From the NCBI RefSeq assembly GCF_024298765.1, contig NZ_CP101210.1: DNA of 64,000 bases; one strand, given 5' to 3'. A program made the translations under genes and the position numbers. Shown one piece after another: positions 61,257 through 64,000 of this stretch. Every line of letters begins with the position of its first letter. Position 1 is the first letter of the stretch. The stretch is from Escherichia coli (lineage in GTDB: Bacteria > Pseudomonadota > Gammaproteobacteria > Enterobacterales > Enterobacteriaceae). The notes under the pieces are model-generated. The model was not told the DNA's origin. It made no database searches and worked only from the letters and a program-made list of their open reading frames with translations.

Positions 61257-61306
61257 GTATCACTTTGGCGGCGTCATCGCCGCCTTTCTTCAAATATTTA
61301 TCAGGT

Positions 61307-63766
61307 ATGGACACCGTGAATATTTATCGACTCTCTTTTATATCCTGCCTGGTCATGGCGATACCTTCCGCATTGGCGGTCGAATTCAACCTGAATGTCC
61401 TCGATAAATCGATGCGAGATCGCATTGATATTTCATTATTAAAGGAAAAAGGGGGCATTGCTCCCGGTGAATATTTTGTTAGCGTTACAGTAAATAACAA
61501 CCAAATCAGTAACGGACAAAAAATTGACTGGAAAAAGAACGGTGACCAAACCATTCCGTGTATTAATGATTTACTGGTAGATAAATTTGGTTTAAAACCT
61601 GAAGTTCGTCAGTCGTTACCACGGTTAAACCAGTGCGTCGATTTTAGCTCCCGGCCTGAAATTCTCTTCATTTTTGATCAGGCTAGCCAGCAACTGAATA
61701 TCACTATTCCACAAGCCTGGCTGGCGTGGCACTCAGATAACTGGACTCCCCCCTCAACATGGAAAGAAGGTGTCGCCGGCGTCCTGATGGACTACAACCT
61801 GTTTGCAAGCAGCTACCGCCCACAGGATGGTAGCAACAGCACTAACCTGAACGCCTATGGAACAGCCGGAATTAACGCGGGAGCATGGCGTTTACGCAGT
61901 GATTACCAATTGAATCAGACCGATAGCGATGATAACCATGAACAGTCAGGCGAAATATCACGCACCTATCTTTTTCGTCCATTACCGCAATTAGGTTCAA
62001 AATTAACCCTTGGTGAAACGGATTTCAGTTCCAATATTTTCGACGGCTTTTCTTATACCGGCGCGGCACTGGCAAGTGACGATCGGATGTTACCGTGGGA
62101 GCTACGCGGCTACGCCCCACAAATCAGCGGCATTGCACAAACCAACGCCACCGTCACCGTGAGTCACTCAGGGCGAGTTATTTACCAGAAGAAAGTCCCA
62201 CCAGGTCCGTTTATCATTGATGACCTTAATCAGTCCGTCCAGGGTACGTTAGATGTCAAAGTGACGGAAGAAGATGGTCGGGCGAACAATTTCCAGGTTT
62301 CGGCAGCATCGACGCCTTTCCTTACGCGCCAGGGGCAGGTTCGCTATAAACTTGCTGCCGGTCAGCCGCGAACATCTATGTCTCATCAAACTGAAAATGA
62401 AACCTTTTTTAGCAATGAAGTTTCCTGGGGGATGCTGTCAAATACCTCACTGTACGGCGGCCTGCTGATTTCGGGTGACGACTACCATTCTGCCGCAATG
62501 GGTATCGGGCAAAATATGCTGTGGCTTGGTGCATTGTCGTTTGATGTCACGTGGGCCAGTAGTCAGTTTGATACTCAGCAGGACGAGCGGGGCTTAAGTT
62601 ACCGCTTTAATTACAGCAAACAAGTGGATGCCACCGACAGCACGATTTCGCTCGCCGCTTATCGTTTCTCCGATCGTCATTTTCACAGCTACGCCAACTA
62701 TCTGGATCACAAATACAACAACAGCGATGCGCAGGACGAAAAACAGACGATCAGCTTATCCGTGGGCCAACCGATTACCCCACTGAACCTCAATCTGTAC
62801 GCCAACCTGCTGCATCAAACCTGGTGGAATGCAGACGCCTCCACGACCGCCAACATCACGGCGGGTTTTAATGTTGATATTGGTAACTGGAGAGATATCT
62901 CGATCTCGACGTCATTCAATACAACCCATTACGAAGATAAAGATCGCGACAATCAGATTTACCTGTCGATTTCGCTCCCCTTCGGTAACGGGGGGCGGGT
63001 CGGTTATGACATGCAAAACAGTAGTCACAGCACCACACACCGCATGTCGTGGAATGATACGTTAGATGAACGTAATAGCTGGGGCATGTCTACCGGACTG
63101 CAATCCGACCGTCCGGATAATGGAGTCCAGGTGAGCGGTAACTATCAGCACCTGAGTTCAGCGGGTGAGTGGGATATTTCTGGTACCTATGCCGCCAATG
63201 ATTACAGTTCCGTCAGCAGCAGCTGGAGCGGTTCTTTCACGGCAACTCAATATGGTGCGGCGTTCCATCGTCGCAGCTCCACCAATGAACCACGTCTGAT
63301 GGTCAGTACCGATGGCGTGGCAGATATTCCGGTTCAGGGCAATCTCGACTACACCAACCATTTTGGCATTGCGGTGGTGCCGTTGATTTCCAGTTATCAG
63401 CCTTCCACCGTGGCGGTGAACATGAATGATTTACCCGACGGCGTAACAGTGGCAGAAAACGTTATCAAAGAAACGTGGATTGAAGGCGCGATAGGTTACA
63501 AATCGCTGGCTTCCCGTTCCGGTAAAGACGTTAACGTCATCATTCGCAACGCCAGCGGTCAGTTCCCTCCCCTCGGTGCGGATATCCGCCAGGATAACAG
63601 CGGCATTAGCGTGGGGATGGTTGGCGAGGAAGGACATGCCTGGTTAAGCGGAGTCGCTGAAAATCAAATGCTTACCGTGGTCTGGGGTGATAGTCAGCAT
63701 TGCTCGCTCCATCTTCCTGAACATATGGAAGACACCGCAAATCGACTGATTTTACCTTGTCATTAA
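61307..63766 (+). CDS. ybgQ: Fimbrial outer-membrane usher
   Basis: Long usher-family ORF; start at MDTVNIYRLSFISCLVMAIPSALA is my best guess. Confidence 0.85.
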   Translation: MDTVNIYRLSFISCLVMAIPSALAVEFNLNVLDKSMRDRIDISLLKEKGGIAPGEYFVSVTVNNNQISNGQKIDWKKNGDQTIPCINDLLVDKFGLKPEVRQSLPRLNQCVDFSSRPEILFIFDQASQQLNITIPQAWLAWHSDNWTPPSTWKEGVAGVLMDYNLFASSYRPQDGSNSTNLNAYGTAGINAGAWRLRSDYQLNQTDSDDNHEQSGEISRTYLFRPLPQLGSKLTLGETDFSSNIFDGFSYTGAALASDDRMLPWELRGYAPQISGIAQTNATVTVSHSGRVIYQKKVPPGPFIIDDLNQSVQGTLDVKVTEEDGRANNFQVSAASTPFLTRQGQVRYKLAAGQPRTSMSHQTENETFFSNEVSWGMLSNTSLYGGLLISGDDYHSAAMGIGQNMLWLGALSFDVTWASSQFDTQQDERGLSYRFNYSKQVDATDSTISLAAYRFSDRHFHSYANYLDHKYNNSDAQDEKQTISLSVGQPITPLNLNLYANLLHQTWWNADASTTANITAGFNVDIGNWRDISISTSFNTTHYEDKDRDNQIYLSISLPFGNGGRVGYDMQNSSHSTTHRMSWNDTLDERNSWGMSTGLQSDRPDNGVQVSGNYQHLSSAGEWDISGTYAANDYSSVSSSWSGSFTATQYGAAFHRRSSTNEPRLMVSTDGVADIPVQGNLDYTNHFGIAVVPLISSYQPSTVAVNMNDLPDGVTVAENVIKETWIEGAIGYKSLASRSGKDVNVIIRNASGQFPPLGADIRQDNSGISVGMVGEEGHAWLSGVAENQMLTVVWGDSQHCSLHLPEHMEDTANRLILPCH

Positions 63767-63780
63767 TTAAGGAAATGAAA

Positions 63781-64000
63781 ATGACATTTATGAAAGGACT
63801 ACCCCTTTTGTTGTTGGTTGCCAGTCTGTGCAGCCACGCTGCACTACAACCCGATCGCACTCGTATTGTGTTTAACGCTAATGATAAAGCTACCAGTCTG
63901 CGCGTGGATAATCGTAGCGATAAACTCCCCTACCTCGCTTATTCCTGGCTCGAAAATGAAAAAGGGGAGAAAAGCGATGATCTTCTGGTTGCCCTGCCAC
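63781..64000 (+). CDS. ybgP: Fimbrial periplasmic chaperone, N-terminal part (runs off window end)
   Basis: MTFMKGLPLLLLVASLCSHAALQPDRTRIVFNANDKATSLRVDNRSDKLPYLAYSWLENEKGEKSDDLLVALP PapD-like. Confidence 0.85.
   Translation, partial: MTFMKGLPLLLLVASLCSHAALQPDRTRIVFNANDKATSLRVDNRSDKLPYLAYSWLENEKGEKSDDLLVALP

Overview
The window is an Escherichia coli-type chromosome segment with the early (left) arm of a lambda-like prophage integrated at attB-lambda. Prophage (1..10532): cII (partial), cro, OR, cI, OL/pL, nutL, N, ea10, cIII, kil, gam, bet, exo, orf60a/63/61/73, ea22, orf55, xis, int and the attL core (10518..10532); the rest of the prophage lies beyond the window start. Three classical lambda accessory loci carry different cargo here: rexA-rexB is replaced by a single NYN/LabA-type predicted nuclease (1443..2300), the sieB-ral interval by a convergent coiled-coil/zinc-ribbon ORF (3098..3592), and ea8.5 by a secreted DUF1311/LprI-like protein (8036..8734). 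The NYN gene in the cI immunity operon is the strongest candidate for an undescribed prophage-encoded phage-exclusion function. Chromosome (10533..64000) follows the K-12 order ybhC-ybhJIHD-pgl-ybhA-modCBA-acrZ-modEF-galETKM-gpmA-aroG-ybgS-zitB-pnuC-nadA-lysT tRNA operon-cpoB-pal-tolBARQ-ybgC-ybgE-cydXBA, then sucDCBA-sdhBADC-gltA-ybgDQP. The mngR-mngA-mngB block expected between cydA and sucD is absent, replaced by about 1.3 kb of AT-rich non-coding DNA and one TPR-repeat ORF. All comparisons to lambda and K-12 are from memory; no database search was possible. No CRISPR array or IS element was seen.
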